Assembly (NCBI GenBank): GCA_965202965.1
Contig: OZ241888.1
Span: 876,653-940,652, forward strand
Length of the DNA: 64,000 bases
Reading direction: 5' to 3'
From: Dehalococcoidia bacterium
GTDB lineage: Bacteria > Chloroflexota > Dehalococcoidia > Lucifugimonadales > UBA1123
Under the pieces are notes generated by a model. That model saw only the letters and a list, made by a program, of their open reading frames with translations, searched no databases and was not told the origin of the DNA. Below, in pieces: positions 52,401 through 62,099 of this stretch; position 1 is the first letter of the stretch; each line of letters starts with the position of its first letter. Made by a program: the position numbers and the translations under genes.

Positions 52401-54245
52401 ATGAAATCTTTCACCCGTGACGGAGCAAGGCTATTTCTGATCGTTGGAGGTCTGGCAATAGCGCTCATGATTGTGCTGGCGTGTACCAGCGAGGATGAAC
52501 CGGCGGAACCAGCGGCGCCAGCCGCCCCGGCTCCCGCCCAGCAGCCCACCGCGGCTCCCGCTCCCGCTCAGCCCGCGACTACGATGCAGGAGACTACGAA
52601 GACGGGTATGGACAGCGGCCTGACCGACGAGACGCTCACGCTGCTCGTAGCGAATGTGGGCGCGACCGGCGGCTGGGACCCAACTCGCTCAGGCGGGGCC
52701 GAGTTCATGAAGGTGTCCCGCTACTTCAACTGCAATCTCGTTGGTGGCGCCGGCGGTGGAACCCTGACGCGCGGCGTGGCCGATAGTTGGTCTGTCAGTT
52801 CAGACGGCAAGACGATTGACTTCGTAATCGCTGATGGCATCAAGGCGCACGACGGGAGCGATATAACCGTAGATGACGCCTGGTGGCGTTTTGAGTTCGC
52901 GTTCGGAGAAGCAGCTCTTAATCGTCCCGGTGTTGACCCTACTTCGATAGCGCTCGCCCAGGTTAGCGAGGCCATTCAGGTAGTGGACGGCAATACCCTG
53001 AGGCTGTCGTTCACCAACCCTCGGCCTGATACGCCCTTCCTGATGTCCGAGAACGCCCAGGGCGAGGACGGACAGATATTCAACGCGGACCACTGGAAAG
53101 AGGTGACGGGATACAACGCCGCTGGCGGCGATATATCCCAGACCGATGACCAGGCTTACCAGAACAACCCGAACAGTTGCGGTTCGATGATGTTCTCAGA
53201 CCAGATACCGGGCCAGAAATTCGAGTTGGAACGCTTCGACGACTACTTCTACCAGCCCGCGAATGGGTATGACGAGGACCGCAGGCCCAAGTTCGCCAAG
53301 TACATAACCGAGGTAGTTCCCGAAGCTGCCACACGCATCGCCGGACTCCAGGCGGGCCAGGCGGACATGATAGAAGCGAACGTATTCCTGCTGGAGGACA
53401 TCGAGGCGGCGGGCGGCCAGGTAGTGTATCAGCCTGAAGCGGCCTATTCCTGGATAGTCTTCGTGGACTGCTGGGACCCCGAGTTGTGGTGCTATGACAA
53501 GCGCGTCCGACAGGCGCTCGAATACGCCATAGATAAAGAGGCGATCATTGACAGCCTGTATAACCGCGACATGGCAATACCGAAGGGCTGGCAGCACGTG
53601 ACGCCGAGCACCATCGGATACAGGGACGGCGTGGCCGACCCGCGACCACATGACCTGGAAAAGGCGAAACAGCTTCTGGACGAGGCAGGCGTGGATATTC
53701 CGCCGTTCGACATCTGGACGTGGGAAGCGGGCGACCTTCCGCTCCAGCCGCAGCTCGCCGAGGTGTTCAGCACAACCTGGAACAACGAGCTTGGACTCGA
53801 GACGACGGTGAGGACGGGCGACGCGACGTCGGTCAGGCAGCAGTGGAACGAGCGCAAGCTGCCGGGCAGCGTTCTCGTGCGAACTAACGAAACCCGCTGG
53901 AACGGACTCAGCATAACGCGAGGTATGTACACCTACGCCGCGGGCGCCCAGGCATGGCGCATTTGCGACGCTGAGTGGACATCGGACGCGCACCCGAATG
54001 GCGACCCGACATGTCAACGCCTCAGTGAACTGGTAACAGATAAGTTGGTGAACGAGGTTACGGTTGACGCATGGGAGGTCAACTTCCCAGAAGTTTACGG
54101 TGAACTGCGCGAAGAGAATCACGCCTTCAGCCCGTTCTTCGTGAACCTGCCGTGGGGTCTTGGGCCGCGCATCAAGCCTGGAAGCTGGCAGCCCTGGCCA
54201 GTCGTAACATATAACACGGCCATGTGGACAATCGAGTTCAACTAG
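52401..54245 (+). CDS. ABC transporter substrate-binding lipoprotein, family 5 (Dpp/Opp/nickel type)
   Basis: Lipobox-like signal MKSFTRDGARLFLIVGGLAIALMIVLAC followed by a Pro/Ala-rich linker. Its size and position ahead of the DppBCDF-like genes fit this call. An AAGGGGA RBS precedes the ATG at 52401. Confidence 0.85.
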   Translation: MKSFTRDGARLFLIVGGLAIALMIVLACTSEDEPAEPAAPAAPAPAQQPTAAPAPAQPATTMQETTKTGMDSGLTDETLTLLVANVGATGGWDPTRSGGAEFMKVSRYFNCNLVGGAGGGTLTRGVADSWSVSSDGKTIDFVIADGIKAHDGSDITVDDAWWRFEFAFGEAALNRPGVDPTSIALAQVSEAIQVVDGNTLRLSFTNPRPDTPFLMSENAQGEDGQIFNADHWKEVTGYNAAGGDISQTDDQAYQNNPNSCGSMMFSDQIPGQKFELERFDDYFYQPANGYDEDRRPKFAKYITEVVPEAATRIAGLQAGQADMIEANVFLLEDIEAAGGQVVYQPEAAYSWIVFVDCWDPELWCYDKRVRQALEYAIDKEAIIDSLYNRDMAIPKGWQHVTPSTIGYRDGVADPRPHDLEKAKQLLDEAGVDIPPFDIWTWEAGDLPLQPQLAEVFSTTWNNELGLETTVRTGDATSVRQQWNERKLPGSVLVRTNETRWNGLSITRGMYTYAAGAQAWRICDAEWTSDAHPNGDPTCQRLSELVTDKLVNEVTVDAWEVNFPEVYGELREENHAFSPFFVNLPWGLGPRIKPGSWQPWPVVTYNTAMWTIEFN

Positions 54246-54266
54246 GGCCAAACGTAGAGCTAAATG

Positions 54267-54293
54267 CCCCGTTCCCTGAATTGGGGAGCGGGG
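54267..54293 (+). terminator. Stem-loop just downstream of the SBP gene (attenuating/stabilising hairpin candidate)
   Basis: ccccgttccc-tgaattg-gggagcgggg, a 10-bp stem including one G-U pair. No clear U-tract follows. Confidence 0.4.
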
Positions 54294-54316
54294 TCTTGGG
54301 AGATGTCTGACTGAGA

Positions 54317-54358
54317 CACCCTCACCTAACCCTCTCCCATCAAGGGAGAGGGGAGTTT
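54317..54358 (+). repeat. Family-A intergenic hairpin repeat, short form, inside the ABC operon (SBP-permease spacer)
   Basis: acaccctcacctaaccctctcccatcaagggagaggggagttt. Confidence 0.8.
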
Positions 54359-54396
54359 CGTAGGAATGTCAATGTAGCCAGTGATGGACTGCTCAA

Positions 54397-55326
54397 ATGA
54401 CACGATACATAACAAGAAAAGTCCTCGAGGCGCTGGTAACGCTGGTCGGTTTGAGCCTCGTCGTGTTTTCAGCGGTCCACCTGACGGGCGACCCGGTCAG
54501 GATGCTGCTTCCGGCGAGGATTGACGCCCCTCCCGAAGTTTACGAGGAGCTCAAGAGGGGGCTGGGTCTCGACAGGCCATTCCTGGTGCAATACCTGGAC
54601 TTTATGAAGAACCTGATCACGAAGGGCGACTTCGGCAAATCCGTCCGCAGCCAGAAAGAGGCCCGGCACCTGCTGATGGAGCGAATCCCCGCCACGCTTC
54701 AGCTTGCCACCGCGGGTCTGTTCCTTTCGTTCATAATCGGAGTGCCGGCAGGGATTTTATCGGCGGTAAAACGGGACACCTTAGCGGACAAGATAGGCAA
54801 GGCGGTCGCGATATTTGGGCTGGCGGCGCCCCAGTTCTGGGTCGCTATCATGGTAGTGATCCTGTTCGGGGCGTATCTCCAGTGGCTGCCCGTGTACGGA
54901 TCGGGCGGGCCGGACCACTACATCCTTCCCGCCGCCGTACTTGCGCTGGGGCCGCTCGCCGCCATGATGCGGCTGGGGCGCTCCAGTATGCTGGACATCC
55001 TGGACAGCGAGTTCGTGAAGTTCGCTCGCGTCAAGGGGATGCGCGAGAGAATCGTAATATGGAAACACGCCGCCAGGAACGCGGTCATTCCGCTTATGAC
55101 ATTCGGGGGTCTGACGCTGGCCGCGCTCCTGAATGGCTCCATAGTGGTGGAACAGGTATTTGCCTGGCCCGGCCTGGGCAGGATGATGATCGAGGGAGTC
55201 ATTCAACGAGATATGCCGCTGGTGCAGGCGACCGTGCTGGTGTCCGGTTTCTTCTACGTGACTACCGCGCTGATAGTGGATATTCTGTACGGATTTGCCG
55301 ATCCCAGGATAAGGGACACGAATTAG
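54397..55326 (+). CDS. ABC transporter permease (DppB/OppB-like)
   Basis: N-terminus MTRYITRKVLEALVTLVGLSLVVF and the EAA-loop region SEFVKFARVKGMRERIVIWKHAARNA. Confidence 0.9.
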   Translation: MTRYITRKVLEALVTLVGLSLVVFSAVHLTGDPVRMLLPARIDAPPEVYEELKRGLGLDRPFLVQYLDFMKNLITKGDFGKSVRSQKEARHLLMERIPATLQLATAGLFLSFIIGVPAGILSAVKRDTLADKIGKAVAIFGLAAPQFWVAIMVVILFGAYLQWLPVYGSGGPDHYILPAAVLALGPLAAMMRLGRSSMLDILDSEFVKFARVKGMRERIVIWKHAARNAVIPLMTFGGLTLAALLNGSIVVEQVFAWPGLGRMMIEGVIQRDMPLVQATVLVSGFFYVTTALIVDILYGFADPRIRDTN

Positions 55327-55347
55327 AGCGTTTGGGGCAGACTCACC

Positions 55348-56226
55348 ATGGCAACGTTCACACAAGAAACGGCCATAACGGAAGAATCAGGCGGTCTCCG
55401 AGACCGCTTGAGGGATCTCAGGCTCCCGTGGATACCGCTCGTCGTTATCGTCGTACTGGTGATTCTTGCATTGTTCGCGCCCCTGCTCGCGCCGCATGAT
55501 CCCAGGGATCAGAACTTGCGCGACGCCAGGACAGCTCCATTTCAGACCTGGGACTACCCACTCGGCACTGATTTCGTCGGCAAGGATATACTCAGCCGGC
55601 TGATATACGGCGCTCGCACGTCCGCCTTCATCAGTATGTTCGCGCTGGGCGCGGGCGTGGTGGTGGGAACGGTGCTGGGACTGATCTCGGGATACGCGGG
55701 CAGGTGGGTTGACACTATCATCATGCGCATAGCGGACGCGACTATGGGGTTTCCGTCCATCCTGCTGGCGATGATCATCGTCGCCATTCTGGGAACCGGA
55801 CTCATGCCTATCGTTGTGGCGGTGGCGGTTTCTACCTGGCCGCGCATAGCGCGAATGATAAGGGGAGAAGTGTTCTCGGTCAAAGACTCCGACTTCGTTA
55901 CACTTGCCAGGATCGCGGGCGTGTCGCCGACCGTCATAGTCTGGCGGCACGTGTTTCCGAACGTGCTGAACACGCTGATGGTGATAACCAGCCTGTCGGT
56001 GGCGGGCGTGATTCTGACCGAGGCGTCGCTGAGCTTCCTGGGGCTGGGCCTTCCGCCCGGCGATCCCGCGTGGGGCATCATGGTCGCCGAGGGCAGGCAG
56101 AGCCTGATCAGGATGTGGTGGATATCGCTGTTCCCGGGTCTTGTGATCACGACCGTCGTGATGGCGTTCAACTTCTTTGGCGACTGGCTGCGGGATACAC
56201 TTGATCCCAAGCTGCGGAGGGTTTAA
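55348..56226 (+). CDS. ABC transporter permease (DppC/OppC-like)
   Basis: PLGTDFVGKDILSRLIYGAR and SDFVTLARIAGVSPTVIVWRHVFPN motifs. Confidence 0.9.
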   Translation: MATFTQETAITEESGGLRDRLRDLRLPWIPLVVIVVLVILALFAPLLAPHDPRDQNLRDARTAPFQTWDYPLGTDFVGKDILSRLIYGARTSAFISMFALGAGVVVGTVLGLISGYAGRWVDTIIMRIADATMGFPSILLAMIIVAILGTGLMPIVVAVAVSTWPRIARMIRGEVFSVKDSDFVTLARIAGVSPTVIVWRHVFPNVLNTLMVITSLSVAGVILTEASLSFLGLGLPPGDPAWGIMVAEGRQSLIRMWWISLFPGLVITTVVMAFNFFGDWLRDTLDPKLRRV

Positions 56227-56230
56227 CGCA

Positions 56231-57226
56231 TTGAACAACGGCAGAGATACTGTTCTGCAGGTGGAAGACCTTCGTACTCACTTTTTCACCCGCACGGGTG
56301 TGGTGAAGGCGGTGGACGGAGTGTCTTTCGACCTGAAGGAGGGCGAGACGCTGGGCATCGTTGGAGAGTCGGGTTCAGGTAAGAGCATGACGGCGCTTTC
56401 CATTATGCGGCTTGTGCCGGAGCCCGGGGGCCGCATAGTGGGCGGACGCATCCTGTTCGACGGCCAGGACCTGGTGGAGTTGAACGGCAGCGATATGTCG
56501 GACATACGCGGTCGGGATATCTGCATGATTCTCCAGGACCCGATGACTTCGCTGAATCCGGTGCTGTCGGTGGGCGATCAGCTTACGGAGACCTACCGAA
56601 CGGACGCGAGCGGCCCGGCGCGCGCCATCTGGGAACGGGCGGTAGAACTGCTCCAGATGGTCAGGATACCGGCGCCCGAGATACGGATGCGCGCCTTTCC
56701 GCACCAGATGAGCGGCGGAATGAGACAGCGGGTCGTGGGCGCGATTGCCATATCGCGCTCTCCGAAGGTGCTGATAGCGGACGAGCCTACGACATCGCTC
56801 GACGCGACGATTCAGCTTCAGTACCTGCGGCTGCTTAAGGACATCCAGGCGGAGACGGGAGCGGCGATCATCTTCATTACGCACGACTTTGGTATTGTCG
56901 CTAGGATGTGTGACCGTGTGGCGGTAATGTACGCTGGGAAGATAGTGGAGATAGCGGATGTGGAAGACCTGTTCTACAGGCCGCAGCATCCGTACACCCA
57001 AGCGCTGCTTGGATCGGTTCCAGACCTGGAAGAGGACGTGGAGTGGCTTACGTCCATACACGGACAGCCTCCCAATCTGGACAATATGCCCACAGGATGC
57101 AGCTTCCAGCCTCGCTGCGAATACGCATTCGAGAAGTGTGAGGAGGAGTATCCGCCTGAGTACCTGGTTGGAAACAAGCACATAGCGCGATGCTGGAGAC
57201 TCGATGACGACCACCGCATATCCTAA
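56231..57226 (+). CDS. ABC transporter ATP-binding protein (DppD/OppD-like)
   Basis: Walker A GESGSGKS, signature QMSGGMRQR, Walker B LIADEPTTSLD, and an oligopeptide C-terminal domain HPYTQALL...GCSFQPRC. The start is set at the TTG at 56231, just after the upstream stop. Confidence 0.9.
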   Translation: MNNGRDTVLQVEDLRTHFFTRTGVVKAVDGVSFDLKEGETLGIVGESGSGKSMTALSIMRLVPEPGGRIVGGRILFDGQDLVELNGSDMSDIRGRDICMILQDPMTSLNPVLSVGDQLTETYRTDASGPARAIWERAVELLQMVRIPAPEIRMRAFPHQMSGGMRQRVVGAIAISRSPKVLIADEPTTSLDATIQLQYLRLLKDIQAETGAAIIFITHDFGIVARMCDRVAVMYAGKIVEIADVEDLFYRPQHPYTQALLGSVPDLEEDVEWLTSIHGQPPNLDNMPTGCSFQPRCEYAFEKCEEEYPPEYLVGNKHIARCWRLDDDHRIS

Positions 57227-58205
57227 TACGGTAAATGGCGCCGAACCCCTGATTGCGGCCAGGGATGTGAAGAAGCACTTCCGGGTTACAAGCGGCTTTG
57301 TGTTTCGCAAGACCATCGGGCAGGTCAGGGCGGTTGACGGCATATCTTTCAGCATACCCGAAGGACAGACTTACAGCCTGGTTGGGGAGTCCGGCTGCGG
57401 CAAGACGACTACGGCCAAGCTGGTGCTTCTCGTCGAGGAGCTCACGGCGGGTCGGCTTACATTTCAGGGCCAAGACATCACTGAGTTCACGCCCGAGCAG
57501 TTGAACGAGTACCGGGAGTCGGTGCAGGCGGTGTTCCAGGACCCGTGGAGTTCGCTGAATCCGCGGCTGAGGATAGAGTCCATCATCGCCGAACCGATCA
57601 CCGCCCACCGCAGTCCGACGAAGGGAGAGTTGAGAGAGCAGATTCTGTCCCTACTCGAAGAGGTGGGGCTTCACCCAAGCCACGCCCATCGCTACCCGCA
57701 CGAGTTCAGTGGCGGCCAGAGGCAGCGCATCGCCATAGCGAGAGCGCTCGCGCTGCGTCCGAAGCTCATCGTGCTGGACGAGCCGGTGTCGGCTCTAGAC
57801 GTATCCATACGCGCCCAGATAATGAACCTGCTCAAGCAGCTTCAGAGCGACCACAATCTGAGCTACCTGCTGATCGCGCACCAGCTCGCGACGGTACGTT
57901 ACATGAGCCATCGCGTGGGAGTGATGTACCTGGGCAAGATGGTGGAGGAGGCCGACTCGACAGAGCTGTTCAACAATCCGCACCATCCGTACACGCGGGC
58001 GCTTATCTCGGCGTCTCTGTCGTCCCGCCCGGGAGTGGAACGGGAGGAGATAGTGCTGAGCGGCGAAGTGCCCTCACCGATCAACCCTCCTCCGGGATGC
58101 ACGTTCCACCCGCGCTGTCCGGCGGTGTTCGAGCCGTGCGCAGACAATATCCCAGAGATGCAGGAAGTGGCGCCCGGGCATTTGGTGTCGTGTCATCTGT
58201 ACTGA
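57204..58205 (+). CDS. ABC transporter ATP-binding protein (DppF/OppF-like)
   Basis: Walker A GESGCGKTT, signature EFSGGQRQR, Walker B LIVLDEPVSALD, and HPYTRALI...GCTFHPRC. Confidence 0.9.
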   Translation: MTTTAYPNTVNGAEPLIAARDVKKHFRVTSGFVFRKTIGQVRAVDGISFSIPEGQTYSLVGESGCGKTTTAKLVLLVEELTAGRLTFQGQDITEFTPEQLNEYRESVQAVFQDPWSSLNPRLRIESIIAEPITAHRSPTKGELREQILSLLEEVGLHPSHAHRYPHEFSGGQRQRIAIARALALRPKLIVLDEPVSALDVSIRAQIMNLLKQLQSDHNLSYLLIAHQLATVRYMSHRVGVMYLGKMVEEADSTELFNNPHHPYTRALISASLSSRPGVEREEIVLSGEVPSPINPPPGCTFHPRCPAVFEPCADNIPEMQEVAPGHLVSCHLY

Positions 58206-58240
58206 CGACATGGAGATGAGGGGATAGGCCCAGACCTAGA

Positions 58241-58307
58241 GATCACCCTCACTCCCGTATCAAGTACGGGACAGGCTCTAGCTGTCTCCCGTCAAGGGAG
58301 AGGGAAC
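58241..58307 (+). repeat. Family-A intergenic hairpin repeat, long (double-hairpin) form
   Basis: gatcaccctcactcccgtatcaagtacgggacaggctctagctgtctcccgtcaagggagagggaac. The two stems are cccgta/tacggg and ctctccc/gggagag. Confidence 0.8.
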
Positions 58308-58310
58308 TAT

Positions 58311-60380
58311 TTGGTGTGTTTTTCTCTCTTCTCAATTGTTTGTCTCATGCTTGCGTTGGCGGTGGGGTGTGGTGATCAGTCGCAGGCCGATAGCCAGAAC
58401 GACGGAATTGCCCCGTTCACCAATATCGCCCCTGACGCGCTCGGCAAGAAGGCGTTTACCATCAACCGCTATCCCGGCGTAGCTATCTTCGACTATGACC
58501 GCGATGGGGACCTGGATTTCTATGTTACTCAAGAAGAGGGTGGTCCGAATTTTCTTTTCAGGAATGATGGCGACTCAGAGTTCGCCGAGGTCTCGGAGGG
58601 TTCAGGCGCGGCGGCGGTCATCAGCAACAGCACGGGCGTGGCGGCGTGCGACTTCAACAACGACGGCTACCAGGACCTCTATGTAGGCGCGCATGGGCGC
58701 AAGGGAGACGGTCTGGACTACCGGTCGGCTGATGAGAGCGACGGCTTGAGGACTGCTATCTCGGACAGGCTGTTTCTCAACAGGGGCGACGGCACGTTCG
58801 AGGATGTAACGCTGAGGGCATTCGGCGACTCGGTGAATCTTAGGTCGGCCATGAGCGTCGCGTGCGCCGACGTTGACGGGGACGGCTGGCTGGACATATA
58901 CGTGGCGAACAGGGCGGACTTCGACTTCGTGCGGTTTACCGTGCCGCAGCACCACGGACACTACAACGTTCTGTACCGGAACAATGGCGACCTCACATTC
59001 AGCGACATCAGCGAGGAAGCGGGAGTGCGTGGCGGTCAGATAACGATGCGCGCGCCAGATGGTCTGCCTATCGAGTTCTACGACCGGGAGACGGGAGAGT
59101 TCATCGAGGGGTACGATCCGCGTCTCGGCGACCGGTTCCGGAACAGGGTGGGCGATCCGACGGGGCAGTCGTGGGCGACGCTGTTCTTCGACCATGACGA
59201 TGACGGCGACCCTGACCTGTGGGTGGCACACGACGGGGACCACCTGGAGGTCTATCGCAACGATACGGACGGGGGGACTATCGCGTTCGAGCCAATCGCG
59301 TCGGAGATGGGTGTTGATGTGGTGGGGCAGTGGATGGGGTTCGCGCTGGGAGACTACGACTCGGATGAGGACCTGGACGTGTTTGTCACGAACATCGGCT
59401 ATCATCCGCTTACGCGGCGTCCCGTGCCGTTCCCGGGCGCGGACTGCGCGTACACACACCAGTTCGATTGGGGGACGTGTCTTCACTTCCTGCTGCGGAA
59501 CGACGGGATTCCCGGCTCGGGGCCTATTCCCCAATTCACGGAAGTGACCCCTGAGACTCAGGTTGAGGCCAGCGCGATAATGCCTCCTCTGTCACTCGAT
59601 CCGGTGAATATATACCAGGGGTGGGAGCCTCCGAGTGGGCTGGCGGCATACGACTTCGGGTTCGGTACGGCGTTCTTCGACTATGAGAATGACGGCGACC
59701 AGGACTTGTACTGGCTTGGGGCGCTGGTGTCGCGGGGGGAAGGGCCTGGCGGTCTGCTGTACCCAGGGGCGGGGCGTATGATGCGGGGCGACGGCATGGG
59801 AGGGTTCGAGGACATCACGGTGGAGGCGCGTCTGCTGGACATCCAGGACGTGGACTACTCGATACTCGACACCAGTTCGCCCGAGTTCGACGCGCGGGCG
59901 CAGCGTATTGGCCCCGAGTTCCATGAGAACGGGAAGGGGCTTGCGAAGGGAGACCTGAACGGGGACGGATACGTTGACCTGATAGCCACGAACAGCAGCG
60001 GCGACCTCAGGGTGGACGGAGGAGTGCGCTTTACCAAGGGGCCACTGTTCGTTTGGCTAAACGGGGGTAAGGGCGGTAATTGGCTGACCATCCGGCTGAA
60101 GGGCGGGATGGCGATACGCGGGACGGGCAGCAACGCGGACGGGATTGGGGCGAGGGTTTTTCTTACCGCGGAGACGGATGGAGAGAGCGCGTCCACGCAG
60201 GTTCAGGAAGTTCTGGGTAGTTCCACGTTCCTGTCCATGAACAGCCTGGACCTGACTTTCGGGCTGGGTGAGGCGGACAGGGCAGATGAGATAGTAATTC
60301 GCTGGCCGAGCGGAGTTATACAGACGTTGGGGGACGTTAGGGGGAATCGGGTTGTTATGGTCGAGGAGCCTGAAAGCTGA
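58311..60380 (+). CDS. CRTAC1-family protein (FG-GAP/VCBS repeats plus ASPIC/UnbV C-terminal domain), putative lipoprotein
   Basis: Repeated D.D.DGD.D(L/I)YV units (FDYDRDGDLDFYV, DVDGDGWLDIYV, DHDDDGDPDLWV, DYDSDEDLDVFV, DYENDGDQDLYW, DLNGDGYVDLI). The C-terminus is NWLTIRLKG...NADGIGARVFL...IRWPSG. LALAVGCG is lipobox-like. TTG start. Confidence 0.85.
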   Translation: MVCFSLFSIVCLMLALAVGCGDQSQADSQNDGIAPFTNIAPDALGKKAFTINRYPGVAIFDYDRDGDLDFYVTQEEGGPNFLFRNDGDSEFAEVSEGSGAAAVISNSTGVAACDFNNDGYQDLYVGAHGRKGDGLDYRSADESDGLRTAISDRLFLNRGDGTFEDVTLRAFGDSVNLRSAMSVACADVDGDGWLDIYVANRADFDFVRFTVPQHHGHYNVLYRNNGDLTFSDISEEAGVRGGQITMRAPDGLPIEFYDRETGEFIEGYDPRLGDRFRNRVGDPTGQSWATLFFDHDDDGDPDLWVAHDGDHLEVYRNDTDGGTIAFEPIASEMGVDVVGQWMGFALGDYDSDEDLDVFVTNIGYHPLTRRPVPFPGADCAYTHQFDWGTCLHFLLRNDGIPGSGPIPQFTEVTPETQVEASAIMPPLSLDPVNIYQGWEPPSGLAAYDFGFGTAFFDYENDGDQDLYWLGALVSRGEGPGGLLYPGAGRMMRGDGMGGFEDITVEARLLDIQDVDYSILDTSSPEFDARAQRIGPEFHENGKGLAKGDLNGDGYVDLIATNSSGDLRVDGGVRFTKGPLFVWLNGGKGGNWLTIRLKGGMAIRGTGSNADGIGARVFLTAETDGESASTQVQEVLGSSTFLSMNSLDLTFGLGEADRADEIVIRWPSGVIQTLGDVRGNRVVMVEEPES

Positions 60381-60417
60381 AGGCGCTCGCGTTTGTCCGA
60401 ATCAGGATTTACGGGAT

Positions 60418-62043
60418 TTATGATTTTTCAGAATGATCGGACTTGATGCGGGGTCGGAATCCCAGTAGGTACAACGCCAGTATGGTAGCCAGAATACCGA
60501 CTACGACGCCGACAATCGTGGCCCAGAGTGTTGAGATTCGGAAGCTTGCTGGCCCTGCGGATTGTGTATCGTCGTCTGCCGATTCGGGCATTATCTGGAG
60601 GGTCTTTAGGAATTCGACGACGGCAGCCTGATCGTCCGAGGGTAGAGACGCGAAGGCGTCGCGGCTGTCTTGTGCCTCGCCGCCGTGCGCGAGTATTGCC
60701 TCGGAGATGAGCGTGGCGCGCCCGTGGTGGAGGTAGGGCGGCTCGTTGGCGAAGCCCCACAGCTTGCGGGTGAGCCACTGGTCGGTGGGAACCATCTCTT
60801 CTTCGAGAGTCTCATTGTTCAGGATGTCGCCCATGTCGTGGCGCTTGAGGTCGGTGAACACCGGCACCATGATGGCGTCGCCGGGACCGCTTCGCAGTCC
60901 AGTAGCCTCGCCACCGTTCGGCAGGGGCGCCGAGTACGCGTTGGCGACCTCGAAGACCTGGAGTTTGCCCGCCGGGTTGAAGGGATTGGGCTCTGTGAAG
61001 ATGGGACTGTTCAGGGGAAGTTCGGGTATGTGGCATGTGGAACATTCCAGGGTGGTGAACAGCGCCTCGCCCCGTTCAGCGGCGGCGCGGGCTTCGGGGT
61101 GGTCGGGCATTACGCGACCGGGTGGAGGCAGCATTGCCTGGAATATTACAAGCGCGCTTATATCCCCTCTGGTGAGCTCGTCGGCCATGCCGTCGCCATC
61201 GTGGTCAACCGCGTCTCCGAACCGCTCGGACGCCTGCATACCGAAGTGCTGATTCATCGCCTTGACGGCGAACTCGCGCAGGGAGACTATCGTACCCTTC
61301 TGCATGAAAGGGCGGATGACCAGGTCAGGGTCCACGCCCTCTACGTGGGTTGTGTCAAGGATGCCGTCGGGGGAGGCGGTGATCGTGCCGAAGTCAACGC
61401 CCTTTGTTGAGAGCGACATGGTTACCGGCGCGCCGATGTCTCGCGCCTGTCTTCTGGCCTCGTCGCGGACTGTGTGCAGGTCTTCGGTCATCTCCCGAGC
61501 AAGTAGCTCTATGTAGCCGGAGCCGAACAGGCCGAGGGATGTCCGCTCGTTGCCGACGCTTCTGAGGGTATGAGCTTGGAAGTCGTCGCCTTCACCCTGG
61601 TCGAAGTTCACGAAGTGGAAGCCGTCCGCAAGTACGAATACGTTGGTAGCGTTATCGCCTCCTCCGCCGATATGCGGGATGCTGTGGCAGCTGGAGCAGG
61701 CGTTGGCGTCGGGGCCGGAGATCCGGTTGAAGTTGTCCGGAAAAGTTCGGGGCGGGCGGAAGTTGTCGGGAGACACATCGGTGGTTTCGGGGCGTCCGGC
61801 GCCATCCAGTGTGTTGAAAGAGGTGGTGAACAGGAACTCGCCGCGCTCGACTATCTGATCGAGGGTAAGGCTGCCCCTTTCTATGTCGTCCTGGCTGATG
61901 TGGCCGTCGAGAGTAGGGGAGTCGCCGATTTGAGGAGAGTCTAGCGGTTCAGCGGTCGTGTTGTGGCAGGCCGCAAGTATCGCTCCGGCGAGGATGGCCA
62001 GGATGAAGACGATGCTCTTTCCGAGTGCGCTCAATGAGTTCAT
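60418..62043 (-). CDS. Di-heme cytochrome c enzyme, DUF1111 (putative peroxidase/thiol oxidoreductase) family, with C-terminal TM anchor
   Basis: Two CxxCH motifs (CSSCHSIPHIGGGG and CSTCHIP), an N-terminal signal/lipobox-like LAGAILAAC, and a C-terminal TM segment LWATIVGVVVGILATILALYLL. Confidence 0.8.
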   Translation of the reverse strand: MNSLSALGKSIVFILAILAGAILAACHNTTAEPLDSPQIGDSPTLDGHISQDDIERGSLTLDQIVERGEFLFTTSFNTLDGAGRPETTDVSPDNFRPPRTFPDNFNRISGPDANACSSCHSIPHIGGGGDNATNVFVLADGFHFVNFDQGEGDDFQAHTLRSVGNERTSLGLFGSGYIELLAREMTEDLHTVRDEARRQARDIGAPVTMSLSTKGVDFGTITASPDGILDTTHVEGVDPDLVIRPFMQKGTIVSLREFAVKAMNQHFGMQASERFGDAVDHDGDGMADELTRGDISALVIFQAMLPPPGRVMPDHPEARAAAERGEALFTTLECSTCHIPELPLNSPIFTEPNPFNPAGKLQVFEVANAYSAPLPNGGEATGLRSGPGDAIMVPVFTDLKRHDMGDILNNETLEEEMVPTDQWLTRKLWGFANEPPYLHHGRATLISEAILAHGGEAQDSRDAFASLPSDDQAAVVEFLKTLQIMPESADDDTQSAGPASFRISTLWATIVGVVVGILATILALYLLGFRPRIKSDHSEKS

Positions 62044-62099
62044 GGACGATTCTCAACGGCTATTTTGCCAATCAATATCGAACAGGATCGGGCAGACGC

